DNA of 64,000 nucleotides from Planctomycetota bacterium (GTDB lineage Bacteria; Planctomycetota; JACQVV01; JASMLP01): contig JASMLP010000001.1 of NCBI GenBank assembly GCA_030748635.1, positions 13,986 to 77,985 of the forward strand. Reading direction: 5' to 3'. Positions 17,645-26,844 of the stretch are shown one piece after another; within the stretch, counting starts at the first letter, position 1; each line of letters starts with the position of its first letter. The position numbers and the translations under genes are program-made. Under the pieces are notes generated by a model. The model was not told where the DNA came from, did not search any database, and was given only the letters and a program-made list of their open reading frames with translations.

Positions 17645-19745
17645 TTGGATCGTATTCCGGAGGGAACTGCTGGAAACCGTCCGCGACCGCCGGACTCTCT
17701 TCGTGATGTTCATCTTACCGGTTGTTCTCTACCCCCTACTCCTGCTCGGTCTGAGCCAAATCCTCGTTCACCAAAAACTGTCCATAAAAAAAACGACCAC
17801 CTCCATCGCTCTCAGCGGAGCTCCAGAAGATCTCGCGATCCACCTACAAACTCAATCCAGAGGACACTCCTTCCAGACACTGGACATCCCCAATCCTCGC
17901 CAGGCACTCGCGGAAGGAACCGTCAGTATCTGGATCTCATGGCAAGAAGGCGACGATCCCCCCCCCCAGTTGACCATCCATTACAGCGGAACCCGCGAAG
18001 ACTCTCGATTGGCCCAAAAACAAGTCGTTTCCCTTGTCAAAGAGTATCGACGCCAGAAAGTCGTCCACCGACTTCAAAATGAGCTAGGGACAGACGAGAG
18101 CTTATTGAGACCGTTTCAGATCGCTCGACAGAACATCGAGTCGAGCGAGCGCCAGGCAGGATTCATGCTGGGAAGAGTGCTCTCCTTGCTCCTGGTTCTC
18201 ATGTCCGTATTCTTTCCCTTCTACCCTGCCATCGACAGTGCCGCAGGAGAGAAGGAGCGAGGAACCCTCGAAACACTCCTCGTCTCCCCGGTGAAACGAA
18301 GGGAAATCGTCACCGGGAAATACGCTTCAATCTTTACCATTGCCATGGTCGGTAGCCTACTCAACCTTGCGAGTATGGGATTAACGTTCACGCACTTCAC
18401 CCACCTCGTGAATGTGATGAAGCAAGAGGCCCAGAACTCCGCCATTCTCGAATCCTCTCCCGACCCCACGACCTCGTCTGAAAAAACGACTCCGGTCGAA
18501 GATGGAATTGTAGAAGAGTACATGCAGATCAGGCTCGACTTGACACCGGCGATTTTGCTCCAGATCCTCCTCATCCTCACCCCTTTATGTGGACTCCTGT
18601 CAGCGGTCAGCCTTGCACTCTCCACGTACGCAAGAAGCTACAAGGAAGCTCAATACTACCTAACCCCACTCTCTCTGGCTGTCTTGCCGCTTGCCTTGAT
18701 CGGACTCATTCCGGGCGCTGAACTCGATGGATTCAATGCCCTCATTCCGATCACCGGGCCGGTACTTCTCTTTCAGTCTTTATTCCTGGGAAGTGCGCCT
18801 CCTCTTTTCTTCGGACTTGTTCTTGGCAGTACGATCTTCTACGGAGCCCTTTCCCTGCATATCACTCGAAAACTGTTCGAGGATGAAGAGATCCTCTTCA
18901 GAGAGGGAACGCTCTGGACCTGGCGGTTCTGGCAGTACAGTCCCCATCGAGGAAAAGCTCCCGGCCCCTCCCAAGCTTTACTACTTCTGGGCATGGCGTT
19001 TCTTTCGCTCTGGTATGTAGGCCAACCCTTGCAACTTCACCATCTCGCCTGGGGAATCGCCTTCAGCCAAATCGTACTGTTTCTCGGCGGAACCCTCGCC
19101 ATATGTCACCTCTATCGGTTCCCCATCAAAAAAACCCTTTCCTTGTACCGCCCACGAGCCATCCATCTGCTGGGGAGCCTACTTCTGGGCATCGGAGGCT
19201 TTCTCATCGGCCGTCAAGTCCTCCATGGACAGATCCTCCTCTTTCCCCAGATGCCCGAAATGATGCATCAAATGGGGAGTGATTTTTCCATTTTATTCGA
19301 ACAAGTCCCCCCGTTCGGTGTTCTGATCCTGCTCACGATTGTGCCCGCAATCTGCGAAGAAACCGTCTTTCGTGGTTTCATCCTGAATTCTTTGGTCGAT
19401 AAAAACCGTCGACCCCTCGCCGCCCTTTTTCTCTCCGCAGCGACCTTCGCTTTCTTACACCTCTCTCTGATCCGATTCCCCTTTACTTTCACTCTGGGAG
19501 TGTTTTTGGGACTTGGCGTCCTCCTTTCCGGAAGCCTCTATGTCGGTATCGTGGCCCACTTCATATCCAACGTCCTGGCCCTGGCTTCCCCACACCTTCC
19601 CATCGACTCACTCGACAATCCCAATCTCTCCTTGCCTACCTGGCTTCTTTTCCTCGCGGTGATTTTGATTCTCGTCTCCACGTTCCTTTTGAAAAGCGAC
19701 AAACGCCCGGACCCAACCGACCCGTCTTGCCCGAAGCTTACCTGA
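17631..19745 (+). CDS. Fusion of an ABC-2 family permease with a C-terminal CPBP (CAAX protease/Abi) intramembrane glutamic endopeptidase domain; GTG start overlapping the ATPase gene by 14 nt
   Basis: The N-terminal half is polytopic, with the ABC-2 permease pattern (EKERGTLETLLVSP). The C-terminal half carries all three CPBP motifs: EETVFRG, FAFLH and HFISN. Confidence 0.75.
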   Translation: MFRNSWIVFRRELLETVRDRRTLFVMFILPVVLYPLLLLGLSQILVHQKLSIKKTTTSIALSGAPEDLAIHLQTQSRGHSFQTLDIPNPRQALAEGTVSIWISWQEGDDPPPQLTIHYSGTREDSRLAQKQVVSLVKEYRRQKVVHRLQNELGTDESLLRPFQIARQNIESSERQAGFMLGRVLSLLLVLMSVFFPFYPAIDSAAGEKERGTLETLLVSPVKRREIVTGKYASIFTIAMVGSLLNLASMGLTFTHFTHLVNVMKQEAQNSAILESSPDPTTSSEKTTPVEDGIVEEYMQIRLDLTPAILLQILLILTPLCGLLSAVSLALSTYARSYKEAQYYLTPLSLAVLPLALIGLIPGAELDGFNALIPITGPVLLFQSLFLGSAPPLFFGLVLGSTIFYGALSLHITRKLFEDEEILFREGTLWTWRFWQYSPHRGKAPGPSQALLLLGMAFLSLWYVGQPLQLHHLAWGIAFSQIVLFLGGTLAICHLYRFPIKKTLSLYRPRAIHLLGSLLLGIGGFLIGRQVLHGQILLFPQMPEMMHQMGSDFSILFEQVPPFGVLILLTIVPAICEETVFRGFILNSLVDKNRRPLAALFLSAATFAFLHLSLIRFPFTFTLGVFLGLGVLLSGSLYVGIVAHFISNVLALASPHLPIDSLDNPNLSLPTWLLFLAVILILVSTFLLKSDKRPDPTDPSCPKLT

Positions 19746-20035
19746 GGAATCGAGCAGAACTCCCACGAGGACCCGGCCCCAACAAAAGCGTAAGAATATA
19801 AATAGAAACAACTTACGGATATTCGAGACTAAAAACCAGCTCGTCTGCACCCCATTTTCTGGACCCGACCCCTCGCCATGAATTCCGAAACGGATCGCTA
19901 CAGAGAACCCACCCGGCTCCGCCTCCGCCCCCGCGCCCGAGTCCAGAGGCTCCGCCGAGAGTGTCGGCACCTGGATCCAACCTCGAATTGAAAGCTTCCG
20001 AATCGCGGGTTTATCGACGCAAGTCTTTGATGTGC

Positions 20036-20065
20036 TTGACAGAATCGATTCTCCGGTGCTACGAT
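20036..20065 (+). promoter_or_regulatory. Sigma-70-like promoter TTGACA-N18-TACGAT
   Basis: A consensus -35 hexamer and a near-consensus -10 hexamer lie about 35 bp upstream of the 20100 start codon. Confidence 0.45.
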
Positions 20066-20099
20066 CCCGCCTTTTATCGATCCAGCCGAGGGAATTTAG

Positions 20100-21830
20100 A
20101 TGCAACAGCGGCTCAGCGCACTGCTCATCGCGCTTTCGACCGTCCTGGTAACCGTCTGCTCTGCCGACGAAAGCTTCATTACGCCCAAGGAATTGAAGCG
20201 TGGAGACCGGGGATACGGTCTTTCGGTTTTCGAAGGAACCCGGATCGAAAAATTTGACGTTGAAGTCATCGATGTAATCGAAAAGTCACTTCCTTCTCAG
20301 GACATGGTTCTGATCAGAATCTCTCGACACGGAGAGGGATTTGATGTGGCTCGCTCCGGCGTCATCGCCGGCATGAGTGGCAGTCCGATCTACATCCGAG
20401 GGAGATTGCTCGGCGCACTAGCTTACGGCTGGGGATTCCAGAAAGGATCCACCGCGGGAGTCACTCCCATTTCCAACATGATCGCGGATATGAATCGACC
20501 TCTGGAAAAAGCGTCCGGTACTCCCAGGCCCATTCACTGGGGTGAATCCTCCATTCGCCCTTGCGTCACCCCGATTCTGATATCCGGAGCGTCGCCTCAC
20601 ACGCTCTCCCAATTTCGAAAACAGTTCGAACAGCACGGATTCTTGCCTGTTCTCGGCGGTGGCAATGCGGCAAAACCCAACGCAAACGACAAACGAGTTC
20701 GTCTCGAACCAGGGTCGGCCATCGGCGTAAATTTAATGACTGGCGACATGTCCTTCACAGCCATTGGAACCGTCACTCACGTCGACAAGGTCTCCGGAAA
20801 AGTCCTCGCCTTTGGTCATCCCTTCTTCCAGGCGGGACCGGTACAACTCCCGATGACAACAGCCCGAGTCCACACTGTCATCGAGAGCCTCTCTTCTTCG
20901 TTCAAGCTTGGAAGCAGCATCCAGAGCGTTGGCACCCTGATCGCCGACCGGCAAGCTTCGATCGTTGGCCAGGTCGGAGAATCGCCCAAAATGATTCCGA
21001 TCGAGTTCACCGTTCGCAACCAGATGACCCAGGCCAAAAATACGTACCGCTGCCAGGTGGTAGATCATCATTTATGGACCTCCATCCTGATCAACATGGC
21101 TCTGAGCAATTTCGCCAATGCTGCCGACCCGTCTTTTGGCCCGAACACCAAGACGGTTCGGATGAGTTTACGTTTTCGAGGACATGAGCCTATCGAGTTC
21201 CAGGACACCTTCTCGGGCAGCCTATCCACCTTCTCCTCCAGGCTCCTCTCTCCCCTTTCCGCCCTGCTCAACAATCCTTTCAAACGAGTTCACCTGGAAG
21301 GAGCGGAGGTCAGCATGGAACTGGCCCACGAAAACCGAGCGGCGCAAATCACCTCCATCCTTCTTCAGGATCGTGAAGTAGAAGATGGCCAGACCGTTTA
21401 CTTTCGAGTGGTCCTGGAGGGCTATGACCGGAAACCCTATGTCGCGAAGATGTCGGTTCCCATCCCCCGTAATCTCCCCCCGGGTCGCTACACACTCCAA
21501 GTCTCCGGTGGTCACCAGAGTTCTCCCAATCTCCCTCGCCCACGATCCATCGAAGATCTCGTGCGATTGATTCATTCCGTGGGTAAAGGACAACAAATTG
21601 TCGCCTCCCTAAAAATCCCAAAAATGACTCTTTATCACCAAAGCAAACCGTTCAAAGATCTGCCTCCGTCCGTGCTAGGAACCTTACTCGCCTCCAACCG
21701 ATCCGCCGATCTCCAGATTCAAACAGATCAGGTTGTCCGAACCATTGACACGCCGCTGGTCGTTTCCGGTCGAGCATCCATCACCCTCGATGTCCGAGAA
21801 AGTACACATCAACATGCAACTCCTCGCTAA
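20100..21830 (+). CDS. Secreted protein with a serine-hydrolase-like GMSGSPIY motif (possibly a peptidase S55/SpoIVB-related fold); function uncertain
   Basis: Signal peptide MQQRLSALLIALSTVLVTVCSA. The GMSGSP motif resembles the S55/S7-type nucleophile elbow, but the motif order relative to His/Asp could not be confirmed. Confidence 0.4.
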   Translation: MQQRLSALLIALSTVLVTVCSADESFITPKELKRGDRGYGLSVFEGTRIEKFDVEVIDVIEKSLPSQDMVLIRISRHGEGFDVARSGVIAGMSGSPIYIRGRLLGALAYGWGFQKGSTAGVTPISNMIADMNRPLEKASGTPRPIHWGESSIRPCVTPILISGASPHTLSQFRKQFEQHGFLPVLGGGNAAKPNANDKRVRLEPGSAIGVNLMTGDMSFTAIGTVTHVDKVSGKVLAFGHPFFQAGPVQLPMTTARVHTVIESLSSSFKLGSSIQSVGTLIADRQASIVGQVGESPKMIPIEFTVRNQMTQAKNTYRCQVVDHHLWTSILINMALSNFANAADPSFGPNTKTVRMSLRFRGHEPIEFQDTFSGSLSTFSSRLLSPLSALLNNPFKRVHLEGAEVSMELAHENRAAQITSILLQDREVEDGQTVYFRVVLEGYDRKPYVAKMSVPIPRNLPPGRYTLQVSGGHQSSPNLPRPRSIEDLVRLIHSVGKGQQIVASLKIPKMTLYHQSKPFKDLPPSVLGTLLASNRSADLQIQTDQVVRTIDTPLVVSGRASITLDVRESTHQHATPR

Positions 21831-23895
21831 CCCTCTCAAACGGTTTCTGATTCTCCTGGTCGCTCTGGTGAGCTTTTCTCACTCCAGTGAAGCGACAGCC
21901 ACTCGAGTCTGGGAAAATAGCACCGCTCGGGATTTCTCGAGAGGTTCTTTTCTCGGATCTATTCTTTCTTCACGCGGAACCGTACTGCTGGGTCGAACCA
22001 CCACTCCTCTCAACACCGGAGAAACAGCCATCTGGTCGAGTTGTGTCGACTCGAAAGGCCGCATCTATCTGGGAACCGGTCATCGTGGTCGTCTATTTCT
22101 TTTGGAAAACGGGACGCTAAGAAAGATTCTCGAAACCGACTCCCTGATGATCTCCTCACTGGTCGTGGGTCCAAAAGACGAAGTCTACGCCTCAACGGTT
22201 CCGGGTGGAAAAATCTACAAGATTCTCCCTGATGGATCTTCCAAGCTCTTCGCCCGTCTCCCCGACCCCTATGTCTGGGCTCTTCACCAGATGGGTGACT
22301 CTCTCTATGCGGGCACCGGTCCGGAAGGGGTCATTTATCGTGTCGACTCCAAAGGTGCAGCCACCCCATTTTTCGACTCCCGAGAAAAGAATATTTTATC
22401 GCTCGCTTCCGACTCCAAGGGCCGAATCCTGGCAGGAACCGACCCCAACGGCCTGCTCCTCGCCCTCGAACCTACGGGTGAAGCCCGTATTCTTGCAGAC
22501 CTCGAAGAGACCGAAATCCGCCGGATCGGAGTCCGTGGCGATGACATCTATCTGGCAGCCAACAAAGCCAATGAATTTGATAACAGCAAATTCGTCCAGA
22601 CATTGGCCAAGGAGATTCGAAAAGAAGAAACCTCGGGAAAAGCGGCGGACCGGAAAGTACTTGTCGAGCGCCTGCTTTCTGCTGCCATTTACCAACTTTC
22701 TCCGGATGGACGACTGGAGCAGTGGCTCTCTCTGCCCAAAAACTTTGTGGGTGACCTCCTGATTCTCGATTCCGGAAACACCTATATCGGAACGGGAGTA
22801 GATGGTCGCGTCTACCGATTGGTCAAACCCGATCACCAAGTTCTCGAACACGAATTCGAAGAAGCCCAGATTTTGAGCCTGATCGCGCAGGGCGGACGAC
22901 TTTCTCATATTGGAACTGGCAACATCGCCCGAATTCACACTCGAGAAGCCACCCCTGCCAGCAAAGCCTCCTATCTCTCAGAAGTCCACGACGCTCTATT
23001 CCCTGCCCGCTGGGGACGGGTATCCATCGTCTCCGAAGGCCCACTGGCGATCCAATTCCGCTCCGGGAATACAAAGCGCCCCGGCAAATTATGGTCTCGG
23101 TGGTCCGCTCCCTCGACTCAGCAAGAACTCAACATCACGGCTCCTCCCGGTCGCTATCTGCAATACCGGGTGACCTGGCCCCAAGGGGGGCCCGGCCAAC
23201 TCCATTCGGTTCGGGTTCGATACGCAACGCTCAATCAACGCCCCCAGATCGAGGAATTCTCCGCCATCGAGGTCAAGAACCCGGACAAGAACCCCAGCTC
23301 ACGCCTGGCTCGAAAAAAACCGGAGAACGGGAACATCTCACTCACATGGAAAGCTTCCGATCCGAATGAAGACTCTCTGGTTTCCCGACTTTATTACCGT
23401 ACCCTCGGCAACTCCCGCTGGACTCCTCTGAACCGACTCCGTGCTTTGACCGAACCCAAGTTTACCTGGCCGACTCAAACCGTTCCCGATGGATGGTATC
23501 TGCTCAAACTCGAGATCTCCGACGAACAGGACAACCCTGGTAATTCCCACTTGAAGACCGAAGCCATCTCCTCTCCCATTCTGATCGATAACCATCGACC
23601 GACCGTCGAATCCATCCAGTTCAATTGGATGCGAGATGGCGGTCAATCAAGAAGTATGGTCCAGGTCACCGGAGTCGCTCTCGACGATCATTCCTCGATC
23701 ACCCGAGTCGAGTACTCCATCGACGCGGGTCCCTGGAAAACCGCTGCCGTGAAAGACAACCTGTATGACCAGCAGCGAGAAGACTTTCTTTTCGATATCC
23801 GAGAGATCGAACCCGGTTTTCACGCTCTGACTCTTCGAGTCTGGGATGCCGCAGGAAATTTCACCATCGTACAGCAAGCCATGCAGGCTCCATGA
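21814..23895 (+). CDS. Secreted beta-propeller repeat protein (Reg_prop-like YxGTxxG repeats) with C-terminal Ig-like (FN3/Y_Y_Y-type) domains; ORF opens at 21733, likely start MQLLANPLKRFLILLVALVSFSHSSEA
   Basis: Repeated motifs IYLGTGHRGRLF, LYAGTGPEGVIY and ILAGTDPNGLL. The C-terminus has a GxW...Y signature typical of Y_Y_Y Ig-like domains. Confidence 0.55.
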   Translation: MQLLANPLKRFLILLVALVSFSHSSEATATRVWENSTARDFSRGSFLGSILSSRGTVLLGRTTTPLNTGETAIWSSCVDSKGRIYLGTGHRGRLFLLENGTLRKILETDSLMISSLVVGPKDEVYASTVPGGKIYKILPDGSSKLFARLPDPYVWALHQMGDSLYAGTGPEGVIYRVDSKGAATPFFDSREKNILSLASDSKGRILAGTDPNGLLLALEPTGEARILADLEETEIRRIGVRGDDIYLAANKANEFDNSKFVQTLAKEIRKEETSGKAADRKVLVERLLSAAIYQLSPDGRLEQWLSLPKNFVGDLLILDSGNTYIGTGVDGRVYRLVKPDHQVLEHEFEEAQILSLIAQGGRLSHIGTGNIARIHTREATPASKASYLSEVHDALFPARWGRVSIVSEGPLAIQFRSGNTKRPGKLWSRWSAPSTQQELNITAPPGRYLQYRVTWPQGGPGQLHSVRVRYATLNQRPQIEEFSAIEVKNPDKNPSSRLARKKPENGNISLTWKASDPNEDSLVSRLYYRTLGNSRWTPLNRLRALTEPKFTWPTQTVPDGWYLLKLEISDEQDNPGNSHLKTEAISSPILIDNHRPTVESIQFNWMRDGGQSRSMVQVTGVALDDHSSITRVEYSIDAGPWKTAAVKDNLYDQQREDFLFDIREIEPGFHALTLRVWDAAGNFTIVQQAMQAP

Positions 23896-25325
23896 CCTCT
23901 CCCCCCTACCAAACGCCGCTCGTTACCCGTTATGGCGGGAAGGAGATGGCCCAACTCTTCTCCGAAACCAAGCGGATTTGCACCTGGAGGCGCGTCTGGA
24001 TCGCGCTGGCAGAAGCTCAGCATGAACTCGGCCTTGCCACGATTCGGCGCGAAGATATTGAATGTCTGCAAAGTGCCGTCGAAAAGATCGATTGGAATCG
24101 CATCCAGGAGTTGGAAAAGGAAACTCGTCACGATGTCATGGCCCACGTCAAAGCCTATGGGGAAGTCTGTCCTCAAGCTGCGGGTATCCTCCACCTGGGA
24201 GCGACCTCCGCCTTTGTCACTGACAACGCGGATCTCATCCTTTTTCGTGAAGCTCTGAAAATCATCCGAGTCCGCCTCGCCCATGTCATGTCCGAGCTGG
24301 CAGACTTTGCCCGCGAATACCGAGACCACCCGACCCTGGGCCGAACCCACTATCAACCCGCTCAGCCAACCACCGTCGGCAAACGGGCCACCCTGTGGCT
24401 TGCCGATCTTTTACTGGACTGGGATGACCTCACCACGCTCATCGACGGACTTCTCCTTCGCGGAGCCAAGGGGACGACCGGAACCCAAGATTCCTTTCTC
24501 AAACTCTTCGAGGGAGACGCAGATCGGGTCGAGGAGTTGGACCAAAAGATCACCGAGAAACTCGGATTTCCGGGCAGCTTCCCCGTGGTTGGCCAAACCT
24601 ATCCCCGCAAGATCGATAGCAGGATTTTTTCCGTCCTCTCCGGACTGGCCCAAAGCGCGGCGAAATTTGCCGGTGATATCCGGATCCTCTCCGCTCTGGG
24701 CGAGATGGACGAACCGATGGGAGTTCAGCAAGTCGGCTCAAGCGCCATGCCGTACAAACGGAACCCGATGCGTAGCGAACGAATCAGTTCGATTGCCCGC
24801 CTGATTCTCTCTCTGTCCCTCAACGGCCCCATGACGGCCATGCTCCAGGGATTTGAACGAACTCTCGATGACAGCGCGAATCGCCGCATCGCTCTCCCGG
24901 AAGCGTTTTTGGCCACCGATGGCATTCTTCGACTCTACGGTAACATCGTACGCGGTTTGGAAGTTCACAACGCCCAGATCCGTTCTCACCTGGAATCGAC
25001 AATTCCGTTCCTGGCCAGCGAGGAAGTTCTGGCCGCGGGTGTCGCCGCCGGAGGCGATCGACAGGTTCTCCATGAAGGGCTACGCACGCACGCACGCGCC
25101 GCCTCCGAAGAGATGCGTTCAGGAAAGTCGAACGACTTTTTTTCTCGCATCGGGGCCGACCCTGAATTTAACCAAACCCAAGAATCTCTGGAGGCTCTCG
25201 CGCAGCCAGAACGGTTCATCGGACGATCTCCCGCTCAGGTCGATCGTTTTCTCTCGAGGGATGTCCTTCCTCGAATCCAACCTTTTTTAGAACAACAAAC
25301 TTCAACATTCGACATCGATGTCTGA
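23892..25325 (+). CDS. purB: Adenylosuccinate lyase
   Basis: Fumarate-lyase signature GSSAMPYKRNPMRSE, and an N-terminus LVTRYGGKEMAQLFSE typical of PurB. 4-nt overlap with the upstream gene. Confidence 0.9.
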   Translation: MTSPPYQTPLVTRYGGKEMAQLFSETKRICTWRRVWIALAEAQHELGLATIRREDIECLQSAVEKIDWNRIQELEKETRHDVMAHVKAYGEVCPQAAGILHLGATSAFVTDNADLILFREALKIIRVRLAHVMSELADFAREYRDHPTLGRTHYQPAQPTTVGKRATLWLADLLLDWDDLTTLIDGLLLRGAKGTTGTQDSFLKLFEGDADRVEELDQKITEKLGFPGSFPVVGQTYPRKIDSRIFSVLSGLAQSAAKFAGDIRILSALGEMDEPMGVQQVGSSAMPYKRNPMRSERISSIARLILSLSLNGPMTAMLQGFERTLDDSANRRIALPEAFLATDGILRLYGNIVRGLEVHNAQIRSHLESTIPFLASEEVLAAGVAAGGDRQVLHEGLRTHARAASEEMRSGKSNDFFSRIGADPEFNQTQESLEALAQPERFIGRSPAQVDRFLSRDVLPRIQPFLEQQTSTFDIDV

Positions 25326-25448
25326 TGATCTACGATACGAATCTTACGGTTCGACCGATACCGCTCCCGGAGCGGCTCGAACCGAATTACATGCCTCCGA
25401 CGCACGGATCGCCGCACACCGGCGTCGGAACATCGAAAGGAGACACGC

Positions 25449-26756
25449 ATGAGTAAACGAGTCATTATCATGGGAGCGGCCGGCAAGGACTTTCACGTGT
25501 TCAACACGGTTTACAAGAGCCGAATCGATTACGAAGTCGTTTGCTTCACGGCTGCCCAGATTCCCAACATCCAGGACAGAGTGTACCCCACTCGTCTCGC
25601 AGGCGATCGTTACGCGGAAGGCATTCCGATCCATTCCGAAGATGATCTCGCCGGCCTCATCCGCGAGTACAACGTAGACGAAGTTGTCTTTGCCTACTCG
25701 GATGTCAGCTACGATTTCATCGAGCAGTGTGAAACCGCTGTCCAGCACGCCGGGGCCGAATTCACCCTGGCGCCAGTCAACCCCATCATGATCCCCTCCC
25801 TCAAGCCGGTTATCGCCGTCACCGCCGTACGAACCGGATGTGGTAAGAGTCAGACCACTCGTTATCTGGCCAATCTTCTTCGGGACAAAGGGCGCCGTGT
25901 CGCGATCGTTCGCCACCCAATGCCTTACGGAGAACTCGCCAGTCAAGAAATTCAGAAGTTCAAAGAACTCGAAGATCTCGAGCGGCACCAGTGCTCTATC
26001 GAAGAGATGGAAGAATACGAACCCCACTTGCTCAACGGCCATGTAGTTTTCGCTGGAGTGGATTACTGCAGAATTCTTTTGGAGGCGGAAAAAGAAGCCG
26101 ACATCATCATCTGGGATGGCGGCAACAACGATGTCCCATTTTTCAGGCCAGACATCTGGATCTGCGTCAGCGACCCTCACCGTCCCGGTCACGAACATCA
26201 CTATTATCCCGGCAAGATCAACTTCGAACGGTGCAACATCATACTCATCAACAAGTGTGACACCGCCATCGCAGCCAACATCGACACCGTTGTGGAAAAC
26301 GCCAAATCATTCAACCCGAACGCGCGAGTGATCAAGACCAACAGTCCCTACAAAGCCAGCGATCCCGGATTGATCAAAGACGCCAAAGTCTTGGTCATCG
26401 AAGACGGCCCCACGGTCACTCACGGCGAGATGAAGTTCGGTGCCGGTTTCCTCGCAGCAAAGGACCATGGAGCCCGAGAGGTCATCGATCCCAGAAGCTT
26501 CGCCGTTGGATCCATCGCCGAAGTCTACGCCAAATACCCGGATATCGGCCTGGTTTTGCCCGCTATCGGTTACGGGAAAGAGCAGATCGAAGACTTACAG
26601 CAAACGATCAAGAACAGTAAGTGCGAGGTGGTTGTCATGGCCACCCCCGTCGATCTCAGTCGGTTCATCGATGTCGAGCAACCCATTGTCCGGGTAACCT
26701 ATGAACTCGATGAAGGAGATTCACCCGTCCTCGACGAGGTACTCAAAGACCTCTGA
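25449..26756 (+). CDS. P-loop NTPase-like protein, possibly cyclic 2,3-diphosphoglycerate synthetase-like (DUF-type GTPase); function uncertain
   Basis: An N-terminal Rossmann-like segment (VIIMGAAGKDFH) and a Walker-A-like RTGCGKSQTT loop. This is a weak recollection of the cDPGS family. Confidence 0.3.
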   Translation: MSKRVIIMGAAGKDFHVFNTVYKSRIDYEVVCFTAAQIPNIQDRVYPTRLAGDRYAEGIPIHSEDDLAGLIREYNVDEVVFAYSDVSYDFIEQCETAVQHAGAEFTLAPVNPIMIPSLKPVIAVTAVRTGCGKSQTTRYLANLLRDKGRRVAIVRHPMPYGELASQEIQKFKELEDLERHQCSIEEMEEYEPHLLNGHVVFAGVDYCRILLEAEKEADIIIWDGGNNDVPFFRPDIWICVSDPHRPGHEHHYYPGKINFERCNIILINKCDTAIAANIDTVVENAKSFNPNARVIKTNSPYKASDPGLIKDAKVLVIEDGPTVTHGEMKFGAGFLAAKDHGAREVIDPRSFAVGSIAEVYAKYPDIGLVLPAIGYGKEQIEDLQQTIKNSKCEVVVMATPVDLSRFIDVEQPIVRVTYELDEGDSPVLDEVLKDL

Positions 26757-26784
26757 TCACGAGAAACCCAATCCTTGATATTCT

Positions 26785-26822
26785 GGCCCTCGAATCCACA
26801 TCGGACCGAGGGCCATTTTTTA
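26785..26822 (+). terminator. Rho-independent terminator GGCCCTCG-loop-CGAGGGCC followed by ATTTTTT, between convergent genes
   Basis: 8-bp GC-rich stem with a 14-nt loop and a T6 run, 29 nt after the stop at 26756. Confidence 0.6.
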
Positions 26823-26844
26823 GGCCGAACGATCGATCAGCCGA

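Noticed and set aside
25344-26201. 285-aa minus-strand ORF antisense to the P-loop/cDPGS-like gene
   Set aside because: No recognisable motif, and it overlaps a better-supported + strand ORF
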